Assembly: GCA_037379345.1 (NCBI GenBank)
Contig: CM074521.1
Location: forward strand, 16,702,704-16,766,703
Direction of reading: 5' to 3'
DNA length: 64,000 nucleotides
Source of the DNA: Perna viridis
Taxonomy: Eukaryota
The notes under the pieces are model-generated. The model searched no databases. It was not told the origin of the DNA and was given only the letters and a program-made list of their open reading frames with translations. A program made the position numbers and the translations under genes. Shown piece by piece: positions 15,801 through 28,697 of this stretch. Position 1 is the stretch's first letter. Every line of letters starts with the position of its first letter.

Positions 15801-16223
15801 ATGACGGTAGGACGTCAGGAAAAAGTCGTCTGCATACGCTCATAATTATCAAAACTTAATTGTTTATGATGCTGGGGCTTGTACAACTATATCATCTATA
15901 ATTTATTTGATTAAGTACTAGGAATGCAATGTTAGAGGAAGGCTTATTTCGAATCTGTTATGACTTTTTTGCTGCCTTTTATTTTATCAAAAAGTTATTA
16001 GTTTGCGACTTGAGGCTCTTATAGGGGAACCATCAGATTCGAAGGTACTTCATGCGCTTTTTGTGCGAAGGACATATTTTACCTGTGACACATTAATTTG
16101 TTAATTTATTTATTTTTTTTAAATTGTTACATTGAATTGCACGTATATGTTTACATATATATGCAATGTATCGTTAAATGGGTGTGTTCGAAAAATAACT
16201 AAACATATCTCTTTCTTTTTCAG

Positions 16224-16535
16224 GGGAAATTCGATGTTATTGTAACGAGGCTGGGTGCGTTCGAACAGGCTACATGTGTAAATCAACTTTAAATGCATGT
16301 TACTCAATACTGACTTACGATGGCGAAAAGCCCAAGACTACTCAGGGATGTGTTGAGTCGTTAGAGCCATCTAGACGTACCGTCTGTAAAAGTGAAAAAC
16401 CTGAACAGTACACTAGCAAGTTACCAACACAGGAACAATCGCTGTTAATTTGTTGTGATAATGACATGTGCAATTATAATGAAAGAACATTAAATATTAT
16501 AGTCAAACCAAAATCAAATGGCAGTACTCAAAATG
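16224..16535 (+). CDS. BAMBI: BAMBI exon 2 (Cys-rich type-I-receptor-like ectodomain)
   Basis: Acceptor tctttctttttcag|GG. Translates GEIRCYCNEAGCVRTGYMCKSTLNACYS...LICCDNDMCNY with 10 Cys, matching the BAMBI signature EIRCYC...C..TGYMCKS. Donor AATG|GTAAG; 312 nt, phase 1-1. Confidence 0.95.
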
Positions 16536-16734
16536 GTAAGGTTATTATCATATACGGAGTTCCCTCCCTTTATCAGAACTCAACTTAAGTTAAGTTAATG
16601 TGACAAGTTAACTACAAATAGCTGAGTGATGTGAATATTACACTTACATGTGTTTAAACGTACAGAAACGTACAGTGCCATATGTTTCTACGTTTCACGA
16701 ATACAAAATAACGATTTGCTGACTTGCAACTCAA

Positions 16735-16941
16735 CAGGTAGTCCTAGGCTAAAGGGCATATACAAATCATTGGAGCGTTTGTGTAAAGTATTTTACATCA
16801 ATCTTATGTAAGCATAAAAATAACTTGGATTGATTTCATTCTGTTTCAAATGAAACTTGAAAAGCTTTAGGGGAATTGAAAATGATACAAACATATCACT
16901 GATTTCAAGTGTTATGTCCCTTACCCTAGGTCAACCTCCTG
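16735..16941. mobile_element. Decayed copy of the TTAA MITE at 62158
   Basis: Shares long blocks (tgatttcattctgtttcaaa, atgatacaaacatatcactgattt, gttatgtcccttaccctaggtc) with 62158-62369. Confidence 0.8.
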
Positions 16942-17280
16942 AAAAGGTGTTCGTTTGGTGTCTTAGAACGCAATTTTACTAACTACACGGAATGATTGTT
17001 TTTTTATTTTTCGCGATATCGAACTCGAATTACTTGTTTCGATTGCATATCTGGCAACTCGAGTCTGATATAGCATGAAGTGTTAAACCAAACTCATTTC
17101 ATGTGATATTTAATCTGTCTTTTTTTTTCTTTTAAGTATCAGTTTTTATAAGAATCAGACAGGTGATTCATGCATGTCAAAACCTCCGAACTCACTTTGA
17201 TTTCTTGCTCTGAAACTGTTACTGGTCACATAACCTGTCTTATTTTTTCAATTGGTTTTTGTACTTTAAAGATATAAAAT

Positions 17281-17533
17281 ATGTAGATTGTGTATGAAAT
17301 TGACACTTTGCAAGAGTTACTGTTCTAGATTTGGTTTGATTTGTTTGATTTTAGTGGGAGATTAAAGTGTGCTTGGTTTTAAAATGTACAGATCTAAATG
17401 GAGAAAAGACCAGTGTCATATAAATATATAGCATATGTAGACCAAAAATGAATCGATTGTTTACTGGGTTTTTATGCACCATGAATCACCTTGCCAACGG
17501 CAGTGTCTGAATTTTATATGGACTGGTACTTAA
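17281..17533 (+). mobile_element. Dispersed ~240-bp repeat, copy 1
   Basis: cactttgcaagagttactgttct ... cagtgtctgaattttatatggactggtacttaa is shared with 41091-41324 (+) and 63152-63380 (-). Confidence 0.8.
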
Positions 17534-20500
17534 GACAAAAACAAGTAGGTTTTAATCCGGGTTGTTGAATTGCAAGTCAGTAACCCGTTATCGGAAAACG
17601 TGGGAAATAACTCAAAAAAAAACGTGGCATATATACGCTTCAGTTTAAACCACACATTCTTCATTGCAACATATGGTATAATTTTGGGTCCTCGACTTCA
17701 TATAGACCTTTGTGAATTGCAACACAATTCATACATTCAACAACTTGACATTCTATGTACTTAGAAGTGCGTCTTAAAGGCATCAAGCTGCCATCAAGAA
17801 GGTTTTTTTTGCACTGCTATGTAATCGTCCCTATGTATCTTTCTCGAATGCAACTTCGAATTAATAAAAAAACTCAGATGGATCTAGAGAATGAATGAAT
17901 TTCTCATCGACATGCACACATGAAAATTAATGAAACTATGTGAAAAACTATACAAGTCTGACTGTTTGAGATCATTAGATCCAAAAATTTCACCCAAATC
18001 TTAATGAAAACTATAGGCGTGAAATTAAAGCTAAATTCATAGGTTGTTCAATTAGGTTTGGCGTTAGAAATGACGAATTGTTTTGTAGACAACTGCTGGA
18101 TATTGCTGAGCGCTGTCGTAATTAAATGCGTTACATACACCACATAACTGATAGCTAATTAACTGTTTTTCGCTCTTCTTTGAAGGTTTTATTTTCGTGG
18201 CGTTCTCTTTATAATTTATGGATGTCAAGTCGCATAAACGCAGCATAATAATAGTAATGTATAGAGATGTTAGAAACGACACAATGATTCACGCTAACAC
18301 TGAAAACATAGAAACAATAGTTCAAAATTTAACCAAAAACAATACGGAAACGGTTACCCCAAAACGGACTCTTGACTTGGTCTTTTTGTAGCCCAATCTT
18401 TGAACTTTAATACTCAGTTGTATGATGTCTCAATTATGACTCTCACGCTTTATTTCTGACCGATTGAAATGCATTACTATTTTCAAAATAATTTTGTCAA
18501 TTATACACATACAGTTTATTCTTGCTTACACTCTTCAGTTATTGTTTTATTTGCTAATTGATCCGCAGTTAATCTGGCGGCACCAGACTTAACAATGTTT
18601 TTGTATGCCTTTGGCGTCAAGGGGAGATAATTACGGTCTTACTAATCTTTACAACCACCTGTTTTGTAAAGCTGATCAAGTTGAACCATATAGAATAATG
18701 GTGCTGGAAATACACTATTTTAATGCGGTTTATAGTTAATCTCCTAAGTGCTCTGTGGGATAACTGATAAGTACTTAATTGGTAATTTTGCGACCACTTT
18801 TATGAACTTTCAAAGGTCGTCATATACATTCGTCTGCAGCAACTAGGTGCATCCTCTGGATGGACAAGAGTACATTCCAAGAATGAATAATCCGACATCT
18901 GATATGAATTTTCAAATGACTCTTTTTCAGTGTACATACAGAATGTTGTACGTAACAATTGGACAATGCCTTAATTTTAAGTTTTAAGATTAAGAGCGGT
19001 AATTAACATTAATCGATAGTTCTTTTATGTGGTGTACGTAGAAAACTCTATTTGTACACGGGAAGTAATATTGAATTTTGTTACACATTTCCTCTGCTCA
19101 AAGGCAAGCAGTCCATAAAGACTTTTAATAAGATCCGTCGTTTTAAGAATCATGATTAAAACCACATACCAAACCCATATGGTAACTTGTCGAGGTTTTT
19201 CTGTCGCCAGAAAGGTATATCCTAGAGGCGACAATGTATATGTGTTATGTTCATATGAATTAAATAGCAAATGGGACGTGAAACACGATTACAACATTCA
19301 TCAAAACGTTTAAATTCCGGATAAACGCCTCCAATCCGGATTAAGTTTCTTCTTTTACTGCAAATAAGTTTTGTTTTTACTGATTCAAGCTTATTGGTCT
19401 TATTTATATGCATGGATTTCAACTCTGCACGTGATCCTTCGTTTAAAACGCAGACTGTTATATGAGATTGTATTAATTACGTTTCGTTGCAGTATTAAGA
19501 TATTGGCTGACTAGTACATCTTTATAACCGTGTTTCCATGTGGGGTCCATCGTAAATCATGGATGGTTCCTGTCAAAAATATGCATTTTTTCATAATTTT
19601 TACGAATCTGAAGATGTAAATGTTGATAAGAGTATTCCTTGGTAAGATTACAGAGATTTTCTAAAACGATTTCAAAGAAAATACTTAGAAGACCACGATA
19701 AGAATCAGATTTGTAGAATATGTGCTATAGTGGTCTTGTCAAGATCACGACGGGAAAGAAAGAAAAATACAGAGAGAATAAAACACCGATAGAAATTTTA
19801 TTTCAGTATAGATTTTTTTAGTAGTTTTTTCCGTATATTTTATGCTGAAACAACTCTTGTTTTTTTCTGCGTACATTTAATAAGCATTGTTTTGTGCAAC
19901 TACTGCTTTTACAAATATATTTTTAAAATGTTTCGGTTTCATTTTGGACTCCCTTATAATTCTTATCGTGAATTTAAGGCTTAAGGCGAACGCTTTAAAT
20001 CGTATGGAAAATCTGGATATAAATATTATAGTGTTGATTTCTCTAGCAATCTGTGATAAAATGACGCCGCAAAATGAATACAGTTGTAATTGCCATCTGT
20101 CCTTAACACAGACCATATTTTTGTTTGTTTGGAATAATTACTTCTCATACTATATGATTGATTCAGGTTTTTTTATTCGAATTATCATCTTGACTTTTGA
20201 CGCCAGTCTTTCCAACCCCAAAAAAATTTGTTGATATTAATATACTAAAAATCTTGTTGCAGACGGCATTGGTGCCAATGCAAGACAATAGCGGAAATTT
20301 ACGACATTGTTCTTTGGCCGATTGTCGCTAAATTCGCTATTATCCTCGGTATTACGGACAATTCTTGCAACAATTATTGGAAAGGGAATAATTGGCAATT
20401 TGCAATGTATTGAACCAGTCACATTATTGCCTTTGGGAATTTTAAGGTCGATGTCGTTATTTAAGATGAGAATCTGTGACGCGACAATATGGCGACCTTT

Positions 20501-20909
20501 TGGTTGTCTGACGATGATAGTATCTTTTGAAGTTTTCCTCAGAGTGGTCGTTATTGTCTCCGGAGATGGATGCATTCAGGAATAAAACTGGGAAATGACA
20601 TTGATTACTTAATCTTAGTGATATTGGCTGTCCCATTAATGAATTGTTTATGAGTGATGATGAAGGCTGGCGCGTGGTCCTGGCATTTCCAAGAATAAAG
20701 TTATCAAAGTTCCGGAGATTGACGCCTTTCGTATTCTTTTGAAGTCAAAGAGACATCTCTTCAATGTTTGATGCTGTAGCACTTTTTGATATTTAGCTAA
20801 GTTAAGATTGACTTGCTGGGTTGTCATTCATGATTGTTTGCATCTATATAATGACCGAACAATTTTAAAGTTATTAACAATTATACAAAGATTATTTCTT
20901 TCTTTTCAG

Positions 20910-21352
20910 GCAATGGGGACATTGAAGTGCCGTTCGTCAATAAAAATACCCCAGAGTCAAATTCAGACAAAGACTTGTGGTTTAAAGCGGCTGTGATAGC
21001 CGTTCCTATTGCGGGAGGTTTCATACTCATTCTTTTGGTGCTGCTTGCCGTGCGCATGCTCAGATCAGACTCGAGGCGACACAGACAATTGATTCAAATT
21101 CGACGTGAAAGGACGAGTCTTACAAAAGCTCAAATGTACGTTACAGACCATTTTTGTGACAAACCTTGTTCGAAAAAGTCGCCGTTGTTAATTGACGAAA
21201 AACACAACATTGTCTGTAAGGAGCCGATCATCAAAATGAACAGAGATGGGAAAGTATACGAAAAAGTTTGTGATAATTCTAAATCAAATAATATTATAAG
21301 TCCTGCTGTGTGGGGCAAGCCTAGCAAAAAGGATTTTGCAACAGTTGTGTAG
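20910..21352 (+). CDS. BAMBI: BAMBI exon 3 (TM helix and short kinase-less cytoplasmic tail)
   Basis: Acceptor tttctttcttttcag|GC in phase 1. Encodes LWFKAAVIAVPIAGGFILILLVLLAVRMLRSD, the typical BAMBI TM segment, with no kinase domain. TAG at 21350-21352. Total CDS 813 nt = 270 aa. Confidence 0.95.
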
Positions 21353-22125
21353 TATTCATGTCAAGCGTGTATTTTTTTTTAATTTAAGCCATGACATAGT
21401 AATTTCTTTCCAAAATAAAATTAATTTGGTGCATATATTAACAACAAAGCTTCATTAATTTCAAACAACAACTAACTTGCCTTAATTTCAAGCAATGGTT
21501 TTTGCCTATTTAAAAAAAATTTCTTTTGTTTATTCATTTATCTTAACATGTTACTTTACAAAGTCAAACTGCCCTTTTCTCTTTCCTGATAAGAATTTTG
21601 AGGTTAATAAAATTTATTTCTTTTCAATATTACAATTTAAGGGAGATATTAAATTATACTTATTTTTAGGGTCATTTTTTCATGTTTTTAATGTGGCCTT
21701 GGAGACTTCTCAGATATATAGATCTTTTGACTATCATTGTCACGATTCTACATAAAATCCTAAATTGAAAATCAAAATCTATTTTGCTCACCAAGGTTCA
21801 TTCATGAAGAGTTTCATTTTTGTGATATTCATATAATGCATAACTGGTTTGGAGTGGACTGGTTTGCAAATTGTGCTTTCATTCTATACATTGCGCATGA
21901 CAGGAAGTGAGAGCAGGAGAGTGTTTAAGTGGGTATTGTAAGAAGTTCCTTCAAAAGGAATCGTTGAATTTGTTTTGTTTTAATGAATCTATGAAAGTAG
22001 ATGTTGTATGTGTGGTGGAATTTGTTTTATGAATCTGTGCGTGCTAGTTCGTTGATTGTTATTTGTCTTTTAAAGACAAAAGAGTATTTTTATTATATAT
22101 TTGAAACTAAATCTTATTTATTGAA

Positions 22126-22131
22126 AATAAA
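22126..22131 (+). terminator. Candidate BAMBI polyadenylation signal
   Basis: AATAAA after an AU/U-rich 3'UTR-like stretch. Earlier AATAAA hexamers near 21415 and 21606 are alternatives. Confidence 0.35.
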
Positions 22132-22530
22132 TGGTCAACTACCTTAAATGTAGCAGCTTTATTATGCATTTAATACAAAGCCGAGATTAGGTGTATTTTT
22201 TGTCGTTAGCCACGATCCCGTTATTTTCCCTTTGACAATGCATTTCCGTACAAAAGTATGTTATCCACGATGATCAGGTCTCCATTTACATTGACAGGAG
22301 ATATAAAAGTCACTATATCCCATTATTTCTATAGAAAAAGAAACAATTTAGTTTTAACAATTATTCTTTTTCCCCGCAAATGGTCATTTTAATTGAATCG
22401 AGAGGGGCACACATGTGATGTCGACATATCTTTTTCGTTGTACCAATGATTTTGTGATTGTAACATGGAACAAAGCGGTCAAATCAGAGGTTTGTGCATG
22501 AAGATGATTCCTCATATTCTCCTGGCTCCT

Positions 22531-22647
22531 AATTCACCAAGAAAGACACCGACCTTTGTGGTCAGATATGATAGAGTTTTCTCCTGGTTCCAAATTCACC
22601 AAAAAAAAAAGCCACCAACCTTTGTGGTCAGATATGATAGAGTTTTT
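22531..22647. repeat. Local direct duplication (~60 bp x 2)
   Basis: aattcaccaa...acctttgtggtcagatatgatagagtttt occurs twice. Confidence 0.85.
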
Positions 22648-23779
22648 TTTTTCGTGGAAGATCAGTCTTATGCGGGGAAGTTGAAATGTCATGCATTTGT
22701 ATTCAGGGGAGAACTTAATATACAATTTAACACGCTGTGATGGGTGATTGCGGTCCACATTTTACATGGAAACAATGTTGTTCGACAACCTTTTCATCTC
22801 TTAAGAGAAACACAAAGCAAACAAGATGACAAATATGACAAATAAAAAGTGATGAAATCTTTGAAGATTTTCTACGTTATTTTGAACACTCCCACAACAT
22901 TATAATTTCTTGTTCATCATTTTCGATCAGACAGAAACAAAGACCGTCATTTTAAGGACAATTTTGTGAGGCACCTTGAAGGATTTCAGCAAATATAATA
23001 TTTAATGGCATCTATATAAATTACCTGTTGATTCCACAAAGCAAATGAAGGCAACAAGTAGAAAAAAACGTTAATATTTGATGTACTGGCATGATCGAAT
23101 AGCCATTATTTTCCCAAAATAACTTACTTAAATATTTAACAGTATATTCAGTAAAACTAAAACAGTTTCTCCACTAATTTCTGGGTGTCAGAATAGATAG
23201 GTGTCATGCGAACCTGAGGGTTGCTGTTTCTGAACGCTAGCACGTCAAAACTCTGGTTCATTCTGTCAAACTTTTACAGAGTATAGTCAACACGTTCTCG
23301 TCATAAAAATGCATGCAATGTATGCCATAGGACGTTATACTACAATAAATCAATCCATTTAAACATGCATATATCTGCTTCCACATGCATCCTCAAAATA
23401 AACCATTTGCTATAAAGACACTAAACTATATGTCGCCACGTGCATGTATGTTCTAGCAATGTCGTTGCTTACAATGCCCCATAGTTGATGAGTTAAACCA
23501 AGAGAGCAGGCTTCATTAGTGGAATGTACAATAATAAAGAAATATCACACACGTCATTATAAAAAGCTAATCAGAGTCCCTCAATACATTTTGTTTTAAT
23601 TTGAAACTACGTGGTCATTTTCGCTACACTGGAATTATTAAGTTAATATTTTTGTTTCGTTCTTTTAAGATACAGTTGAATCGAGTGAACTTTTATGGAA
23701 ACGTTTGCAGAGTTTATTGTGTACTCTTGGTAAACGTATGTAAAATAGGAGGTTAGATGCAGTGTGGCACCTTCACACC

Positions 23780-23948
23780 TTTAGTGGAGTCTGGGTTGCT
23801 CATTTGCTTTTGTTTTGTTACTTTGTATGTATGATTTTAGTTACTTTATGTTATTTGTTGTGTATGTCTGTTTTCTATGTCTGGTCTATGTCCCTGGATT
23901 ACATTCAATTTTGATTACCGCTATAACCTTGGTTCCCTTGATTACTCT
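23780..23948 (+). mobile_element. 3' end fragment of the Penelope-like element
   Basis: ttagtggagtctgggttgctcatttg...ttaccgctataaccttggttcccttgatt closely matches 45364-45520. Confidence 0.85.
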
Positions 23949-26197
23949 CTACTACATACATATTTTAAGGCTACACATAATATGACTGAAGAATATTTTA
24001 TTTTATGGTGAAAAACATATATATACTGTTTGACACTGTGAGATATGGACTCACAGAGATGTGTCCATTGGGAAACCGCCATATCTCGTTAAAGTGTTTT
24101 TAAAAAAAAGTTATTTACATTAATTTAAGTATCAGATAAGTCTAAAAAAAAGCCATTTAAGCTGATGACCATCATTTTTTAAACTGCTTTCTTACTCAAA
24201 GAAGTAAATTCGTATTTATTCAACATCACACGAATATCGGAAAAGTCTATTTTCGGCCGTGCAATATAAAATAGCAATGTAAAGATTTATGAGTGAATAA
24301 TGATAATCATTGCATTTCGTATTTTATAGTTTCCATTCAAACAATGTATTTCTGACACACTTATTTTGTGATATTACACGCTTGGTGTTTTTATTTCATG
24401 CAAGTGATATTGCACGGCTGACATCGGGCGAAATCGAGATGAAGAGACTGAAACTCACTTTTCTTAAAATTTCTGCAGAAAGATGTAATAAAACAATTAT
24501 GTCATAAGTTTCGGTTAAATATTTCTTTTTAAGTGTTCCATAAAACATGATTTCGCATGCACCGAGCTGCCATAATTGTACAGAACCCTCTTACGAACTC
24601 GCATTATGGTCTATAGACTGTGTCAGACAACACAAACGGTTCATTTTTTTTTCGTTTCAATTGGCTCGACACAAATAGTCATACGTATTTCTATGCCACT
24701 ATAAGCGGATCCAAAGAGGGGGTATCAATTTGCAAAAAAGAGAAAGAAAATGGCGTATTTTTGTGTGTAAATACGTGCATTAACATCTGTTTATCAACGA
24801 CTTTTTAAGAGCCAAGCAGTCCCCCCTCTTTAGCCCCCTCTTCGGCGATTCTTTGAATCCATCACTGAAATCAGGATAGAAAATGCCGCATTGGAGGTAA
24901 ACAGTGATTTGAAGGCCTATATCAAAATGCGACCATATACATTTATCCCTTGGTGTACACCTCCAATGTAACGCAAACCAGACATATATGATGTATCAAG
25001 GCGTCTGTTATACATCATTAAAACTTTATATGCCTCGAGGACAAACTTTTGTTTACAACTAAACATGAATTATAAAAAGACATATCATTTATTCATAAAG
25101 TAATGTAGGTTGTCATATACAAGAAGTAATTATTGTTTGAACATAAATCATCACCGTTTGCTTTAACATGGACCAATTTCGTTAAATGAGAATCACAGAC
25201 ATTTACTATACACGTACATGTATTTATTTTGTAATATTGAGGAAGTTCCTGTCTAAACAAGACTTTAAAGGAGTGCTGACACCTACATAAAGATAGCTGT
25301 CGTCGGACTATAATTCATCTCAGTGCATATTATTTTTAAACAAGTACTATCTTTAAAAAAAAAGATAGCCGACGCAGTAAAATTTTGTTCTTTTAACTTA
25401 AAATTTTCCGTATTTCATTCAAGAAACACATGGCACGCAATTTCAATTTCCGATAGTTTTTCAAACGCCATTAAGTTATCCGTATTTGACCAATCGGGAA
25501 ACAAATTACGATCAGGTGACTTGCGCTTCCATAGAAGAGCGTCTTTAAGGTCAAAGAGTAAAAACTGAAACTATACCGACTGCATCGGGAAAATAAAAAT
25601 TTGGCAGTAGAAAAGACGATAGAACGTCAACTCATATTCATGCGAATGGGTTAGAACTAAGCTCGTATGACTACAAACCACAAAACGGGTCCTTAATATT
25701 TTGGATCGTATGCAAAATAGTCCTACGCAGACAAAAAAAAAAACTTCCCTTTATTTTGTTACTATGCAAAAAGTATAGAAATTTGTTTTAACATATATGA
25801 AACTTATATACTGAAAGAACAATTTATCCTATTTTTTTAGCCCAAATTTACCTACTTTTGAATAAAATCAATTACCCTTTCAGAGAAGCAAACAGACGGT
25901 GGCTAAATTAAGCATTCTGAGAATCAAAGGTTTAAATTAGTTTCCGAATGTCGGTTCTCCATTTCAAATCTGCTAAGCAATTGTGTCCTTTTTGAATGAG
26001 ATACCATCAAACGTTTAGGTTTCAGGGGATACGTAGTTTTGAGCAGGTTAAAGGTTAAACTTGTGAGAACTGTTTAAAAATGATAAAATTAACATAGGGA
26101 GTAGTCGGAAACCGAATTTGTGTTTTAAGCTTTGTTTTTAAACTTAACACCTACTTGTAGCTATATTTTGACCATCACAGACGAAGCATAATATAAA

Positions 26198-26812
26198 ACT
26201 AAAAGAACTGTGAGGCATGCCCACTGAATTAAGTCCCCATTCCCCCATATGACAACAGCACCTTCCGGCCTCCAAATTGATTAAGATCAAAATCTTACAC
26301 GAGATGCACAATGGGAATATGTAAAGAAGACTCTATTCGGTGCTGCGGGATGAGTAATGAGTAAGAGATGGATACCCTTATGCCCCCTTATTCATAAAAT
26401 AACGAAGTCAATGTTTTACCATGTGAAACTCTCAAAATGATTTGGATCAAAATCTAAAATATGAAATGCTCAATGGGACTTGTAAATAAGATTCTGTGAT
26501 AATTGCATTCAAGTCCATTCATTGGTGTAGGAAAAGGAACGAAAAGATATGGGTGCCAACATACATGTCACCATATTCATAAATGTTCATACTAAATTAT
26601 GTGAAACCCCTAAATTGGTTTGGATCAAATATAAAATAGGGGTTGTATAATGGGAATTGTATATTTAAGATTCTGTGGATGCTCCATTACATTCCAGTCA
26701 GTGGTTGTGAAGGAGTGACAGATAAGGGAGTGTTACCTCTCCTCTGCGTGACAGAAGGAAGCACAGACGGTCGACAGCAGGACAGACGTCTCCATAACTA
26801 AATACCCCAAAC
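26198..26812. mobile_element. Degenerate Helentron-associated (HINE/pearl-like) element
   Basis: Internal degenerate ~170-bp repeats (tggatcaaaat...aatggga...aagattct) followed by a GACA/GACG-type microsatellite end. A related copy lies at ~62500-63020. Confidence 0.5.
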
Positions 26813-28130
26813 ATAAAAAGCAGAACATAACTCATATTGGGAGCGAAAGTTGTGTTCTGTCTCCATATATTGTTCGTACTTCACAATATTGAGTTCCTAC
26901 TTCATACATATACTTCAGGTTTTTTATATATTTTTTTCAATTTAGACTTGCAATTCACGTTCAATGTTCAAGTGTCAGACTCCTTACTTCATTTATATTC
27001 ACAAAGACTCAATTATTCCACTCTCGCAAGCATGTAAATAAAATAACACCGTGTTCGATTGGACAATGCGGATATTCAAGCATTTATGGTATTTTCACAG
27101 ACGTCGAGTTAGACCGATGTTTGCTCTTACATGACGGACGACACGGAAATCAAAATTGAAAGCAAAACAGTAAGTACATAATGGGCTGCAAACGGAATAT
27201 GCATTTGTATAAGCCTTTGGCAGTTCAGCAAGTCTATGCCAACAGAAGGACTTAATACGGTATCAGATACCGGTAACAGATAAACCCAGTTCATATATTG
27301 TACGAATAAAATATCCTTATTTTTTGTTGTATGACAATTTTAAAATATATATAAATGTCTGAACTATTATTGTCCGTTGTAATCATCCGTCATAACATCG
27401 AATCGTGGTTCATTAGCCAGACCACAAAGAAACATGGCGCCACATTTATCATGGTGCGGAATAATCGACATGAAATTATGATCGCATCAATGTCATTCGG
27501 TAATTACAGTGATAGGATACACATTAATAATTAACAATACAAGAATTTTCAATATCAGTTTTTCATTATCGTGATCGAGTTGATGTTCATCTACGGAAAT
27601 GCACTTTTGACCCGTAAAATTGACATATCCAAAACACGTGTCTGGAGCTAAGGTGTACATTTTATGGCTTATAACAGAGAACTTTGTGGTCAATTTATTT
27701 GCATGTAACAATGTAAGAGTTGTCCAGACAAAACTGAAATCAGAAAATACTCCTTGACCATCCTCGATAGGGACAAGTAAACGACAGTTTGAGAATCACT
27801 TTCATAATTTTTATTTTAACTTCTAGATATTTAAAGGACTTACGTACAACTCTGTCCACGAAATTATACCTGCCGGTCAGATATTAATATTCAAAATTAA
27901 GTCCTTTTTCTTTTTTTTTTAAATTTATTACATTTGCCAAAGTTTTTTTCTTCAAGTTCTGTGTCGTATATACCGCTTTATCTAAAAATCCACAATAAAC
28001 ATATGAAATAAACTGAAGTTCAAACAAGTGCAAGTCTGTTGTTTTGTTTTGTCCGTGTTTTTGCTTTGTATGTTTGTTCAAACATTTTAACACACGGTTC
28101 GGTTTAGACAGGATTCGATGCAGTGTTTTG

Positions 28131-28697
28131 TGGCCCTGTGCAGGTCCGGGTGTTGAAGAATAGGCCTGCAGCAGCGCTAAGCTTGTCGTAAAAGGCGACT
28201 AAATAGTGCTCAGAACCCTAGCCGGGGGCTAGAGCGCTCTGCCCACAGAGCAACTGGGATGTGTGCCCCAAGTGGTGGAATGGGGTACCCCTGGTGTGTT
28301 ACATGCTGGGGTTGACAGGCTATAATACGGAAAACCTGTCCGCAAACCATAGTGGTGCACCGTGTTGGGAAAGATGCCACGTTCCTCGCACGTTAAAGAA
28401 CTCTACTGTGGTATTCTCCCGGAGTAAGAACCATAGGGCTCCGCCACAGGAGGCTAAATTGCCCGACCCTACCCACCTTTCCCTATTTCCAGTGGCAATC
28501 AAAATTTGTCGACCCCATTGTCCTTGTGTCCCATCCCTTTTTTCATTTCATCATCATTTCATTTTATCATCAATTTCATGTTCATCGTCTGAATATAGCT
28601 GAAATATTGCTGCCCGGACGTTAAACCCCAACAAACAAACAAACGGACGTTACATCACAACAAACAAACGGGCGTTAAACCCTAACAAACAAAACAA
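28131..28697 (+). mobile_element. SINE-like non-autonomous retroelement with structured head and (AAAC)n tail
   Basis: GC-rich island. Head motif GCTTGTCGTAAAAGGCGACTAAA, central GCACGTTAAAGAAC (reminiscent of Deu/Nin-type SINE cores), tail GCTGAAATATTGC...GGACGTTAAACCCC(AAAC)n. Confidence 0.75.

Noticed and set aside
19877-20585. Cluster of 80-115-aa ORFs in BAMBI intron 2 read as a nested gene
   Set aside because: No recognisable domain or consistent splice structure; ORFs overlap on both strands.
28131-28215. Canonical HDV-like ribozyme (hairpin followed by CTAAA)
   Set aside because: The nested P1-P2-P3-P1'-P4-P2' order cannot be built, because only 16 nt separate the two strands of the first stem. 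Kept as an unknown fold instead.
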